A stretch of 64,000 nt of DNA from positions 62,001 through 126,000 of the forward strand of contig QPMI01000599.1 in NCBI GenBank assembly GCA_004431415.1, read 5' to 3'. Shown piece after piece: positions 38,901 to 51,300 of the stretch. The position numbers and the translations under genes are program-made. The notes beneath the pieces are model-generated. The model saw only the letters and a program-made list of their open reading frames with translations, was not told the origin of the DNA and did not search any database. Numbering within the stretch: position 1 is the first letter of the stretch; every line of letters begins with the position of its first letter. Source of the DNA: Cyanophora paradoxa CCMP329. Taxonomy: Eukaryota > Plantae > Glaucophyta.

Positions 38901-41457
38901 TCCCCCCGCGTCCCGCCGGCTCCTAACTCGCCGCGGGTCGCACATGCGCAGCCGGCGCTGTTCGTGCCGGACGCGTGCTTCGAGGTGCTCGTGCGGGCCC
39001 AGATCCGCCGCCTCGAGGTCCCCGCCCCGCCCCGCCCCGCCCCGCGCTGCCGGCGTGGATCCGACCCTCCCCGGGCGGGGCGGGCGGGCAGGAGCCGTGC
39101 CTGGCGTGCGTGCAGGCGGTGTACGAGGAGCTCGCCGCCATCCTCTCCGCCCTCTCCTCCTCCCTCGTGCCACCCCGCCCCGCCCCGCCCCGCCCCGCCC
39201 CGGGCCCCCGCCTCCTCCCCTCCTCCTGCGAGAGTCCAGGCCGCCTCTCCTCGTCGACTGTTTATCGGATCTAGATCCACCAGCCCCCGCTCCCTCCTCC
39301 GGCGCAGACCCGCGACCCCAGCCGACCCTCCTCCTTCCCCCCCGCCGCAGGAAATCCAGCGGTACCCCGTCCTCCGCGAGCACGTCTCCCAGATCTTCTC
39401 CGGTACCCCGCCCCTCTTCTCCCCCTTGAGCCTTCCCCGCGGACGGCGACGCCGCCCCTCCCTCCCCCCCAGGGCTGCTGCGGAAGCACATCGGGCCGAC
39501 GAGCGCGATGGTCTCGAGCCTCATCAAGTGCGAGACCGCCTACATCAGTGCGCCGCCCCGCCCGCCCCCGCCCCCGCCCCCTCCCTCCGCCCTGCTGGAG
39601 CTGCGCTCGAGGTCCCCAGAGGTCGTTCGGGCGAGGGGCCGCTCTGCGCCCCTGCAGCTGGCGGCGCCTCGCCCTCATGCGCCTCCCGCAGACATGGCGC
39701 ACCCCGACTTCATCGGCTGGAACGACGCCGTCAAGGCGCGCGCGCGCCGCCGGCGGCGGCGCCCCCTGCGGCGCCGCGTCTAAATTCGACCGATCTCCCT
39801 CCAGGCGTTCTTCAGCAAGCGGGAGGCGGCGGGCGGGGGCAAGGAGGGCAAGGAGCGCGGCGGCTCCGAGGCCGGCGGCTCGGAAGACGGCGACGCCGCC
39901 TCGGCAGCCCAGGCGCGCCTCTCTCCTCTCCGCCGTGGCCGCGGCCGGCCCTGTGCTGACGTCGAGGGGAGCAGGGCGCGCAGGCGGCGCAGGGCTCCCC
40001 CGTGGTCAAGGTCCGCCCACTCGATTCAAGGAGCTTCTAATAGTTGGGCGCGCTCCTCACCCTGGCCGCAGGAGGCGGGGAACGCGAGCGTGGTGACGCA
40101 GCGGGTGGGGAACCCCTCGGGCCTCGGGCCCGCCCCCAAGGTCCGACCCCCCCCACCCCCTCGCCCCGTTCTCGAGTCCCTTCCGACGCCGAAAATCCGA
40201 GTGCTCCAATATAACCTCCTGCCCCACTATAAGAGTTCAGACCCTTCAGAGATGCTCCTACGGCCCGCGCGCGCCTCCGCCTCTGGCGAGATCGGACTTC
40301 TGACCGGCTGGCCGGCCGCGCCCCAACGCAGCCGGCGGCGCTCCCGCCTCCGCCGGGGCCCTCCGCCCCCTCCGAGGAGAAGGGCCTCCTCCCCTGGGTG
40401 CGACCTCGCGAGCGCGCCCGCCCGCCAGCTGTGCGTGTTCTCCTGCGCTCACCCGTCGAACGTGGCGCAGATCAAGGGCGCCTTGGGCGGCGGCAAGGGC
40501 GGCGGCGGCGGCGGTGGCGGCGGCGGCGGCGAGAGGCCGCAGGCGAGTCACCCCGCTGTACCCCTCTCCTCGGCGCCCTCTCACGGGCGGGGCGGGCCAG
40601 GCGGAGGCGCGGGCGGGTTCCTCGCCGGAGGGGCGCCCGGAGGGCCTCGGCGGCGGCCGCATGGCCTCGGCGTACGGCGGGGCCGGCCCCGCCCTCCGCC
40701 CCCTGGGTCCCCTCCCACCCTCCCGCCTCTCCCCGCCGCCCCCTCGAGCGGAGGTCTCACCCCCCCGCGACTGCGCGCGAGCAGAGGCGCTCTCGCCGCG
40801 GGAGCAGCAGCTGACGGAGATCATCAGTGCGCGCGCCCCCTCTTCCTCCTCCTCCTCCTCCGCCGTGTGACGGGAGGGCGGGCAGGCGCGCTGCTGTGCT
40901 CGTACTTCGGGGTGGTGAAGAAGAACGTGCAGGACGCCGTCCCCAAGGTCCCGTCCCCCGCCGAGGCTCGAACCCGCCGCCGCGCCCCGCTGAGGGCGGC
41001 CCCGGTCCCGGGCAGGTCTGCATGGCGTTCCTCGTCAACGCGGCGCGCGAGGGCCTCCACGCCGAGCTCGTGCGCCCGGGGCGGGGGGGGCGAAGCCGAA
41101 TAGGCTGTCGAATTCGAGAGCTAGACGTTCCGCCGGGCCGGGCCGAGCCGCTCTGCCAGCTCCTACCCCCCCCCCCCCCCTTCCCAGGGCTCCTGACGCC
41201 TGCCCCCCCCCCTCCCCCCCCCAGGTGTCGGCGCTGTACCGGGAGGACCGCTTCGGGAGCTCCTCGCCGAGGAGCCCGGCACCGCCGCCCGCCGCCGGTG
41301 CGTCACCAGGGCCCGGGCGCCGCCCGCGCGGTCGCCGGCGCCCAGCTGAGCGGGGCGGGGCGGGGCGGGCGGGGCGGGCAGGGCGTGCCGGGAGCTGCTG
41401 GAGGCGTGTGACCGGGCCACCGTCGTCCTCCAGCACATCCGCGACGCCCGCCCCTGA
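35914..41457 (+). CDS. Dynamin-related GTPase (DRP1/Dnm1/Vps1 class), very intron-rich
   Basis: MEGLIPVLNKLQDA, LPQIAVLGAQSSGKSS (G1), DFLPRG..VTRRPLVLQL, DLPG (G3), TLGVLTKLD (G4), LYGGARI..IF, PALFVPDACFEVLVRAQI, and GED-like LLCSYFGVVKKNVQDAVPK. Confidence 0.92.
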
Positions 41458-41816
41458 CCCCGCCCGCGCCCCGCCCGACTCCCCACGCCAGCCTCCGCCA
41501 GAGGCCCCTCGCCCCTGCGCATGCGTTCTGCTCTGAAGCGCTGGCCTGTAAACTAGAAGTCGTGAGCGACAATTTCTACTGATCGCCTATGTCTTTTAAT
41601 TTTCTATTGATCGATGTCCGGAATCCGGATCCGCAGCCGGATCGATATCCCGCGCGCGGCCGGAGGGATCGAGCGGTGCAGAGGTGCACGTGCACGTGCA
41701 TGCGCCGGCGCCGGCGCCGGCGCCCGGCCGCGGCGCCCGCCGCATCGGGCGCGCGGCTCTCGACTCTCGATCTCGCAAATGGCGGCCTCGACGATCGAGT
41801 TAAGCGCTAGCTATGG

Positions 41817-42804
41817 GCCTATGCCACCGTGTTTGGCGCCGGCTGTCAGTACTTTGCTCGGTAGCTCCCCCGTCGTGGCTCCTCGGGGGCCTCTTCGTCG
41901 TCGTCGTTCGCTGGGTTCCGGCTCCGGGTCAGATTTCTCGCCGGGCTTACCTTCTAGATCTCCTGGCTCTGCTCCTGGGCCCTCAGCTCCGGGACCGGCT
42001 TCCCCGATCTCCTCCCGGACTCGTGGTCGTACCCGTCGCCGGCTTGCCGTGCCTGCGTCTCCTTCTACTTCCCTCCGGCGGTTTGCCGGGCCGGACCCTC
42101 CGGCCTTTGTTCTTGATACCGGACCGCCGCCTTTGCCTTCGTCTTCTGCTTCGCTGGTCGTATCCCGCCGGCGCCGGCGTACTTCGTCTTATAGTTTAGT
42201 TCGGTCTAGTTCGGATTCTGATCGTAGTGTTGATGCTAGAGTTAGTTTCAATACTAGCTATAGTCCTCGTGCTCGACCTGTTGTTCGCCGTCGTTTGCAG
42301 TTCGACTGCCCGCCTCGACCCCGGCCGGCTTTAGTGATTCCTTTGACTGTCCTTTTGCCTGCTCTTGATCCGCCTGCTCCGCCTCCTGTGTCCTCCTCGA
42401 CCTCGTGCCGTAGCTCTGCCCTTTCGCGTCGTCCTGCTTCGCCTCCGCCTCCGCGTCGTCTTGTTGTTCCTCTTACTTGTCTGCTTCCTGTTATTTATCT
42501 TTCTCAAATTTGTCCTCCGCTTCTTAGTGATGTCATTCCTTCCGATATTGATGGTATCTCTCGCTCTGGCTCTTCTTCGTGTCAGTCATCCTCTGTCCCT
42601 AGATCTGCTCGATTTCTCGTCTCTTCTCGATCTGTCTCGAGCTCCGTGTCTTTTCTTTTTTATTGTCGATTTTGGCTCTTTGTCTTATCTTTCTTCGTGC
42701 TCTTGTCTTAGTTATTTTGCTTTTTTGTCTTTATGCCCCCTGGGCAGCCCCCGCAGTGCTGGTGTCTAGAGACTGTGGCCGGTAATTTACCAAAAAAAAA
42801 AAAA
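41817..42804 (+). mobile_element. 5'-truncated poly(A)-tailed non-LTR retroelement fragment 1
   Basis: A-poor S/P/R-rich open frame to 42711, structured 3' end, A13 tail 42792-42804, flanked by TATGG at 41812-41816 and 42805-42809. Confidence 0.7.
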
Positions 42805-42809
42805 TATGG

Positions 42810-43228
42810 CGGAGGTGGTGTCCTACGTTTCGCCTCTCCTACTGTTCTACCGCCTTTGCCTCCTGCGACTACGTCTTCTAGTTCTGCTGTTAGCTCTGTC
42901 TTGTCGTCTTCGTCTAGATCTTCGTCTTCGACTGTAGTTCCTCGTGCTCGTTCTCCTTATTTGCTGCGTCCCCGTGCTCCTCGTCGTTCTAGTGTGACTA
43001 GTACTTCTGCATCGACGCCCTTGAGCTCTTCTACTCCTTCTCCTCGTGCTCGTTCTCCTTATCTTTTGCGTTCTTCTGATCGTGTCCCTTCTCGTGATCC
43101 CTCTTGATTCTGTATATATTTTGTGCTAGTTTACTGTATCTTTGATTTGTGATTGCTTTGTTGTCTTTAATATCACTACCTACGGGGGGTTCGCCCCACC
43201 GTAGTCTCTCAAAAAAAAAAAAAAGAAG
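42810..43228 (+). mobile_element. 5'-truncated poly(A)-tailed non-LTR retroelement fragment 2
   Basis: Same A-poor style, ORF end with PRARSPYLLR twice, T-rich 3' UTR, hairpin CTACGG..CCGTAG, A14 tail 43211-43224, then GAAG and ATGG. Confidence 0.7.
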
Positions 43229-43303
43229 ATGGTCGAAAAGAAGCCGTACCCTTTAATTTCGTGCGGCGGGGCCGGCGCTTTCCGAGCGCGTCGCGACGCC
43301 TAG

Positions 43304-44283
43304 ATGGCGTTCGCAGACGACGAAGAGGGTGCGCAGTGTGTTCTAGACGCGCGCGCACGAAGGCCGCGCGAGCTGGGCGCTAGCGCAAACTTCATTTACG
43401 ACACGCGGGCGACAGGAGACGATGTGGTGCAGCTCACGGCTTCACGCTTGTCTCTGACTGCGGGCGTGCAGGCTACGTATCGCCGATCGGCTCTCCGATC
43501 CGTGGGGACGACGACGGAGACGACGGGGCGGGCGACGGCGCGGGGAGGAGGAATGGAACCCATGGCCAGACGCGGACGATGCCGCACTCCACGCGAGCTC
43601 GAGCCGCGGCCCGCGGCTAGAACAATATGGTGGAAGCGATGCGGCAGCCGCGGGCGGCAGCTGCACGACTTTTGGCTCGAATGATCCGGCGCCTGCGCGG
43701 CCGCGGGGCGCTGTGCATGTGGCGCAGCCAGCGGATGGCAGAAGCCGGCGCAAGATAGTTTTGCGGGTTCAGCGGATGCACGTGGTGCAGACGGCTTCGG
43801 TGCAGACGGATGCACGAAGATGGCGTGTCTTCGTGCCCCGTATCGGCAGCACCGATACCCCTGGCGGGCGCGTGGCCGCCCTTCGCCCCCGCCGGCGCAT
43901 GCGCAGCTGTTTCACCTCACCCCGCCGCCCCCGCCTCCGCCCCCGCCCCCGGCCCCGCTCCCGGCCCCGCGTCTTCCTGGCACGGCTCCCCCCCCAGCTC
44001 GGCCTCCCTTTGGCCGCAACCCATCGGCCCATCGATATCCCCCTCCTCGGCGCCCCCTATGTATACCCCGCTTGCCTCTCCTTCGACTCCTCTAGGCCAG
44101 CTGCAGCAGACGCTGGTGCCTCCCCCGGGCTCGATCCCTGCCCCGCCCGCCCATGTCCCGCATGGCCAGGCTGGCCCCCCTGGGGCGGCGCCGCCGGGAG
44201 CGGGCCCCGCGCTGGGGGACCTCCTCCAGCTCCTCCAGGCCGTCCAGTCCTTCACCCGCCCCGGATCCGGCGCCGGCTCCTGA
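43304..44283 (+). pseudogene. Internally deleted, frameshifted paralog of the 48391-56319 gene
   Basis: Starts MAFADDEE|GYVSPIGSPI versus MASGDDEQ|GYASPIGSPI with the same intron position. 56-bp identity 43742-43797 = 48967-49022. 77-bp identity 44201-44277 = 56225-56301. Homologous blocks fall in different reading frames. Confidence 0.75.
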
Positions 44284-44505
44284 CTAGCTTCTTCGCTTCT
44301 CCGATGTCATGCAACCGGGAGAATTCGGCGAATTGTTTATATTTGAGCGGCTTCCATCGATCTCGCAGGAGAGATCTAGAGAGCGCAGGCCGATTCAATA
44401 TTCGCTCTTTTGGGGGGGATTTAATTTGATTTAATCCGCGATTGGGAGGTTTCTTTCATGTTAATTCAGGGCCAGATCTTGACCTATATAGATCGAGGAG
44501 CTATA

Positions 44506-44536
44506 CTAGTGGCCCGGCCGCGTTTGTCGCGCCGGG
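44506..44536 (-). mobile_element. Candidate Helitron 3' terminus (GC hairpin followed by CTAG|T)
   Basis: Minus strand reads CCCGGCGCGACAAACGCGGCCGGG-CCA-CTAG-T; 5' end not identified. Confidence 0.4.
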
Positions 44537-45058
44537 GGTGCAAGGGGGGAACCGGGATCTAATGAAAGAGTCCTAGTGGCACGCACATGCGCGCGGCAGA
44601 ACGACCCCGGCCCAGTGCGCGCGGCAGGTCGAAGGTTAAATATAAACACAGATTATGATTGAAAAAATAGAAAAGGCCCGTGTTGCCACCGAAACTGCGG
44701 CGAGCCCAAGCAGCGGCGCAGCTAGGCAGCGGCGCAAGCGGTTTTGCGGTGCAAGCTCAAGCACGAGTGCCGGGCAGCGTGCTCGGCTGCGGGCAGCGGC
44801 GCGTGCTCGGTAGGCGGTGCTGCGCCGCGGCGGTGCAATATTTAATTGCAAGCTCGATGCAGACTCATGCAGTGAATTCGAAGCGAAGTCCAGGCGGCAC
44901 GGGTACCGTGCGGCGTACGGCGCAGTGCGAGGAAGCGGAAATCTAGAGGAGACAGCTAGGGAGAAGTGGTTCGATCATGCACGTATGGATCAGATCGAGG
45001 GGATAAATCAAAAATCTTGAGGAGAAAAGCGCGCCTAGCTAGCGCTGGAAGGGGGGTT

Positions 45059-48000
45059 CACTAGTAAAAAGGGGTCCGAACTGATCTAATTACGACCTAA
45101 CTGAGACCTAATATATTAGATCGGCCCCCGATCTAATTGCGACCTAAAAATGGGCGTAAGGACCAAATTGCGATCTAACTGCAATTAGGTCTCAGTTAGA
45201 TCGCAGTTAGATCAGGGGCCGCCGGCCGCGGGGCCCCGCTCCCCCGCCGCCCCCGCCCGCCCCCGCCCCCCGCCGCTCCACCCTTGCGCTGCCGTGTACA
45301 TGTAGCAATTAGATCACTCGCATTATACAGCTATCTAGGTAGCAGGGAAGGAGAGAGGGGAAGGGAAGGAGAGCTGGAGGGAGAAAGATATGGCGGCGGC
45401 GGCGGCCAATGCGCATCCACATCGAACTTCGTATTGATGCGCTTGCGCCACAAGTCGCCTGCGCCGCCGCCAGGCTCGCCAAGCATGCGAGATCTGAATC
45501 CGCAAGTCAGCAAGGGCGAGCGGGCCCCCGTGGGGATCGGGCACCGGCGAGCAGCCGGCCGGGAGGAGCGCGTACCTTCATCGAGGATCGCGAGGCGAAG
45601 TCGCGCGGCGCTGCACGCCTCGAGGCAGGCAAAGATCTGGGGCCGCGAGTCAGCAAGGGCGAGCGGGCCTCGGCGAGAATCGGGCGCCGGCAAGCGGCCG
45701 GCCGGGAGGAGCGCGTACCTTCGTAGAGGATCGCGAGGCGAAGTCGCGCGGCGCTGCACGCCTCGAGGCAGGCAAAGATCTGGGGCCGCGAGTCAGCAAG
45801 GGCGAGCGGGCCTCGGCGAGAATCGGGCGCCGGCAAGCGGCCGGCCGGGAGGAGCGCGTACCTTCATCGAGGATCGCGAGGCGAAATCGCGCGGCGCTGC
45901 ACGCCTCGAGGCAGGCAAAGATCTGAATCCGCAAGTCGGCAAGGGCGAGCGGGCCTCCGCGAGGGCCGGGCGCCGGCGAGCGTCCGGTGGGGAGGAGCGC
46001 GTACCTTCGTAGAGGATCGCGATGCGAAGTCGCGCGGGGCTCACGCCTCGAGGCAGGCAAAGATCTGGGGTCGCGAGTCAGCGAGGGCGAGCGGGCCTCG
46101 GCCGGGATGCGGCGCCGGCGAGCGTCCGGCCGGGAGGAGCGCGTACCTTCATGGAGGATCGCGAGACGAAGTCGCTCGGGGCTGCACGCCTCGAGGCAGG
46201 CAAAGATCTGCGGCCGCGAGTCAGCGAGGGCAAGCGGGCCTCGGCCGGGATGCGGCGCCGGCGAGCGTCCGGCCGGGAAGAGCGCGTACCTTCATGGAGG
46301 ATCGCGAGGCGAAGTCGCTCGGGGCTGCACGCCTCGAGGCAGGCAAAGATCTGCGGCCGCGAGTCAGCGAGGGCAAGCGGGCCTCGGCCGGGATGCGGCG
46401 CAGGCGAGCGTCCGGCCGGGAGGAGCGCTTACCTTCGTGCGGGGCGAAGGAGCGCGTCCGGGCATCGCGAGGCGAAGTCGTGCGGGGCTGCAGCCAGCAG
46501 CTGCAGGAAGTGTGAAGCGCCTGCAGCTGCAGAAGCGAGAGCGCAGGCCCGTCAAGCACTGTTGTGTGAGAATATTAGCAAGAATAGCCCACAGAGCGAC
46601 CGCAGCGCGTCCGAGAACACGAGTTAAGCCACGTTCCGCGGATTGGACCTGGCGGGCTGCGGACAATGCCGTTCGGGGCTCCGGGCGGACGCTGTCCGCT
46701 TCCTACAGCTTTCTGATGAGCAACGAGTGTGCAGAGAGGCCGGCAGCTCGCGGGAGGCGGGCCGCGGACCTGATTCGACGAAGTCCGCTCGCAGCCCGCT
46801 CTCGCTGCCGACCTGCACGCGTACGAGGTGCGCACAACACTAGAGAGATCGCTGCTGCACGCTCCGCTCGCCCGCGGGCGCCGCAAGGGGCGAGAGCGGG
46901 CTGCGAGGCTTCCGATATTTGCAGCTTTTGTACCCCGGTCAAAACCGGTACCCCAGCTGCAAGACCTCGCTCGTAGCTAGAGGCATGCAAGACAAGCGGC
47001 GAGCGCAGCTATGCACTGGAGACACTAGCTATGAAGAGTGGAGAGTAGCGCCACCAGCCGCAGCCGCCGCAGATGACGTTTCCAGATGAGTGGGGCATCG
47101 CAGCAGGCCGCTTGCGCTTAGCAGCGTACAGGGAGCTACTTGGGATGCTTGGTGCGCTGGATCGGTCCCCGCGAGCTCTCGTTGCGCTCTCAGGTGCGCC
47201 GACCTCGGGAGAAGTCACTCATCCGGGCCCAGGTTCCGCGCAGCTCCCAGCTCTACATCACAGGAAGCTTACGCCGATGTAAGAACGCCATTCGCATGCT
47301 TTCAACCCGACCCGACGCTATTCCGCGCAGGCTGGCAAGCGGCGTGCGGATTGCTTGCACCTTCGAGAGCGACCGGCGGCAGCGCGCACGCGAAACACTC
47401 TGCAACATCTCTCCGGTCGGTCCTGTTGCAGGTGAGCCGCGCCCGTGGCCGCGCCGCGCCCGAGCGCCAACCCCCTCCGCAGTTTCATGGTCGCGCGCCC
47501 GCACACGTGCGCCCCCGCCCAATCGCTGCGCATTGCCGTGATCTTCGCTTCAGATGCTCGCGAAACGGCCGCGCGGGAGCGGGTCCTCCGCCGCTCCGCC
47601 GCTCCGAACGCGACCTCCACGTCGCCGAGCTCGCCCAGGTCCGCGGGCCCGGCGCGGGGTCCTTAGGGAGGGGAGAGTCCCCGGGAATCGCTACCGCGGG
47701 CCCGCTCTCTTTCCTCGCGCACTAGTCTGCATCTAATCCCGAGTTCTGCTTGTCCAGATTTCAAAGGAGCTGTCCAAGCGAAGCTACAGCGAATCTCCGC
47801 GCTCCGTGGTGCGCGCTCGCCGGCCCACGGCGCCGCTCTTAAGCTTTATGCATAATCTAATATAAACTGAGTCTTCAATGCGCACTCTCAGGGATCGATC
47901 TGGCGCGTAGAGGACGGGATCGCACTCTCCCGCATTTCAGGCCCTGAGGGGGACGGGACGCCTTCGTGGCCATGGAGAACGGCCTCCTCACCCTTCTTAC

Positions 48001-48334
48001 GTAGCTTGTTTAAATATCAAGAGCTTGTTTTCATGATCATGAGCTCGAGGGGCGCTCGAGGGGAGCTTAGGGGGGGGAGGCCGGGGCGGCGGGGCCGGGC
48101 GCCGCGGCGGGCTCGACCTAAAAGGCTAAAAGGGCCTCTAGGGGGTCTAAGGGCTATAGGTCTATAAGGCTATAGGGCTCAGCTATCAGCTATAGGCGGC
48201 GCAAGCCCCGATCTAACTCCGATCTAATTGCAATACGATCCGTATTAGATCGCCGGGCCGACTGAACTGTGATCTAATATATTAGGTCGCAATTAGATCG
48301 TAATTAGATCAGTTCGGACCCCTTTTTACTAGTG
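45059..48334. mobile_element. Non-autonomous CACTA/EnSpm DNA transposon, 3276 bp
   Basis: 37-bp TIR CACTAGTAAAAAGGGGTCCGAACTGATCTAATTACGA with its exact reverse complement ending at 48334. 3-bp TSD GTT at 45056-45058 and 48335-48337. Subterminal GATCTAA/ACCTAA repeats in both orientations at both ends. No transposase ORF seen. Confidence 0.95.
45490..46490. repeat. Tandem array, 143-bp unit, ~7 copies
   Basis: Anchor CGTACCTTC at 45571, 45714, 45857, 46000, 46142, 46285, with a variant at 46428. Confidence 0.95.
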
Positions 48335-48390
48335 GTTATCCGCATGTTCAACAGAATTTCGCGCCTGGATCGCTGGGCGCCCCCGCTGGA

Positions 48391-51300
48391 ATGGCGTCTG
48401 GAGACGACGAACAAGGTGCTTGGAGCATCATGGCATCTGGGCCGCTGGTGGGCGCTCGCTATAGCTGCGCGCGAGCGCTCGTATACGTAGCCATCGAGCG
48501 CTCGTATTGGGCCACTGGTGGGCGCTCGTAGCCAGGCCGCTTTAGGGTTGCAATTTGAAGGCTTGAGGGCTTCGGGCTTTCTCTGACATCGATTTCGCGC
48601 CCAGGCTACGCGTCGCCGATCGGCTCGCCAATCCACGGGGATTTGAAAGACGACGAGTACGAAGACGACTGGGATGAACACGAATCGAAGCTGGACGACT
48701 TTCAGACAACTTTCGCGCCCCCGCCAATCATCCCGAACGAGGGCTCGCGATCGGACGATTTTGGCGAAATCGCGAGCGCTCAGCCGCACAGCGTCGACAG
48801 CGGTGCGTACGTCAACGTCGACGTTAACGAGCTCGAGCTTGAGACCGACCGCGACGCGGTGGCGCCGGCGCCGGAGCGCAAAATCGATTCAGATGCAGCC
48901 CATATGCATGGGGCTTCGAATTTCGAAGTGACAGGCAGCAGAGAAGGCGCAGGCGTCGGCCTCAACAAGCCGGCGCAAGATAGTTTTGCGGGTTCAGCGG
49001 ATGCACGTGGTGCAGACGGCTTGATTCCAGCTGCAGTGCCGCTCGCGCCTGCAGCGCTGTGCGAGCCGGCTCAGACGGCGGGCGATCAGTCAGCGACGCT
49101 CCTGAGCCTCGCGCGGCGCCTCGCGGATCCGTTCGGCCGCCTGGCGATCGCCTCCTTGCAGCAGCAGTTCGTCGCCTGGCACAGGGTTCGCGCTGCTCGC
49201 CTTTGAACGTCGTGATCTCGAGCTCGCTTCCCCGGCTTCCATATATCTACAGCTGCCTTTGATGTTTGGATCGCAGGCTGTCTCGTGCGCGCCTGCGTCG
49301 TCAAAGGACGAGGAGCACACAGTCGAGTCGGTGCTTTCGAGGCTCGGGGTACACGAGGTTTGCTTCATTTGCTTTATTTGACCGTACCCCCCATTTCCGT
49401 CCCCACCGGTACCCTCTCGCTAACCCGGCCCCGGCGCCGGCATACGGATGCAGGCGAGCAGCGGCTCCGGGAACAAGGTGCCCGTCCCCAATTTTCTCAC
49501 TGAGGCCCCGCCGACTGACCGTGCGCCGGGCCGGGGCTGGGCAGGCGGTGCTGCGGCTGCTCGCGGGGCACGCCCGCCCCGTCGCCGGCCACGGCGACTC
49601 CCTCCTCGAGCTCCTCCCGCCCGCCCCGGCCCCCGCCCCCGCCCCGCCGCCCCCCGCCGCGCCCTCTTCTTATTTGGAGTCGGCAACGCCGTCAGCTGCA
49701 GCGCTAGCGCGATCGACGTCAACAGCTGCTATTCGCACATCACCAGCAGTCCCGCTGCAGCTTGCTGCAGCCACCGTTCCTATCCCCCCTCGTACTCCGA
49801 AGGGGGCCCATAGCCACGCCCACCGGCCCGAGGAACCATTCGACAGCGCATCGATATCTGGACGCACCGACACTGGAATTCGCGTCCATTATCGCGAACG
49901 TGAGGCGCCGGAGCAGACGTCGACTGAGCCTGCAGCGATTCAGGCCACTGCGCTCCCCTCGTTCGCTGAGGTCGACGTCATTCGCTCGCATTCTCGCGCG
50001 GCGCTACTTAATCAATTGGAATAGAACCGGCCGCCAGGCTGCTCATGATGATGACGTGGGTGGCAGGGGAGGGCGGAGCTCCAGCGGGCGCCGAGGAACC
50101 TCAGGGAGCTCCGCAAGGCGACAATTGCAATCATCCGGGCTTGTACGGGTCTCAACGCGATGCCTCAAGGGATATGGCACTGCAATTTCCAGCGATGGTA
50201 TCGGGTGCGTCTCGCTAGACTAAATGGTTGATTTCAATTGCCGTCTCCGATCGTGAGTACGCATCGCAGAGCGTGAATACTGGAAACGCGAAAATGCATC
50301 CCAGCTACGGCCTCCATGACCTCGTCTGGGAGCTTTGCGGGCGATCGGTGCGAGAATTGTTCGCGTTCACGATCGCGAGTTCGCGATCGCGAAATTTAGA
50401 TCGATGGAATTGATCTGAATCGTCCGTAACCTTTTCGAAAGGGACCGAAGCTGTCTCTCGATGAAGCAATTACGAGACTTCTCGGACCGTACATCTACAT
50501 CGAGGGATCTACGCGAAACCGTTTCACTCTTCGCGCGCCTCCCGAGGGCGTTCTCCTCGCTCGAAGCACAACGGAGGAGACACCTTCGATCCCAAGGACT
50601 CTGGCGGAGCTGCGAATTGCACTCCTCGATATTCAACGGTTGCTACACGGCATCACGGTGCCTTTGATGATTTCACAATCGCATCGCAAATCGTTGATTC
50701 TCACGCGCGCATGCGCGATCGCACCGGACGCGCTTGAATTCGAAGGAGAACGTTGGGCCCGGAGTCCTCCTGCGCGAGCTCGTGGCGCGGCTGAATTTCA
50801 CTACTAGTCTGGATTCGGAGCGCGCCGCACAGCACGAGCCGACTTCGAACGCGCACTCCGCCGACGCCGACGCCGCCCGCTTCCTGTCTCTGTACAGGCG
50901 CCTTCCGGGAAGCCGCCCCGTGCGCAACTGCTCGAGCTCGAGATCCCCCACGGCGTCCGGACCTCGAAACCTCTAGACCGTTGACTTCGACGCCGCATCG
51001 CAGGCGGTCAGCGCAGAGGAGGCTCTCGTAAAGCTGCTTCCGCGCGGGCGGCGGATTTTGCAGCCCTCTCCGATGGACGCCGACTGGCAGAATCTCGTAA
51101 GCGAGATTCAGAGTGCCCCCGAGTCGGTCGCGGACTTGACGGTACGTCGAGAAACGTGATCATGAAGTTCAGCGACATTTAAATTTACGACTCTAAAGCC
51201 CTGTTTTGCTTTCCGAAGGCCGCTGCACGAGCGGCGGCTCGGATTGTAGCGGGGCGCGCCGTGCTGGACAGATCGGCGTCGACGGTCTTCACAAGTGTCG

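Noticed and set aside
41614-42711. 365-aa ORF as an independent host gene
   Set aside because: It crosses the TATGG insertion boundary, is intronless and A-poor unlike host genes, and ends before a poly(A) tail; better explained as a retroelement 3' end.
45490-46490. Regularly spaced repeats as a CRISPR array
   Set aside because: The whole 143-bp unit repeats with no unique spacers, no cas genes are present, and the context is eukaryotic.
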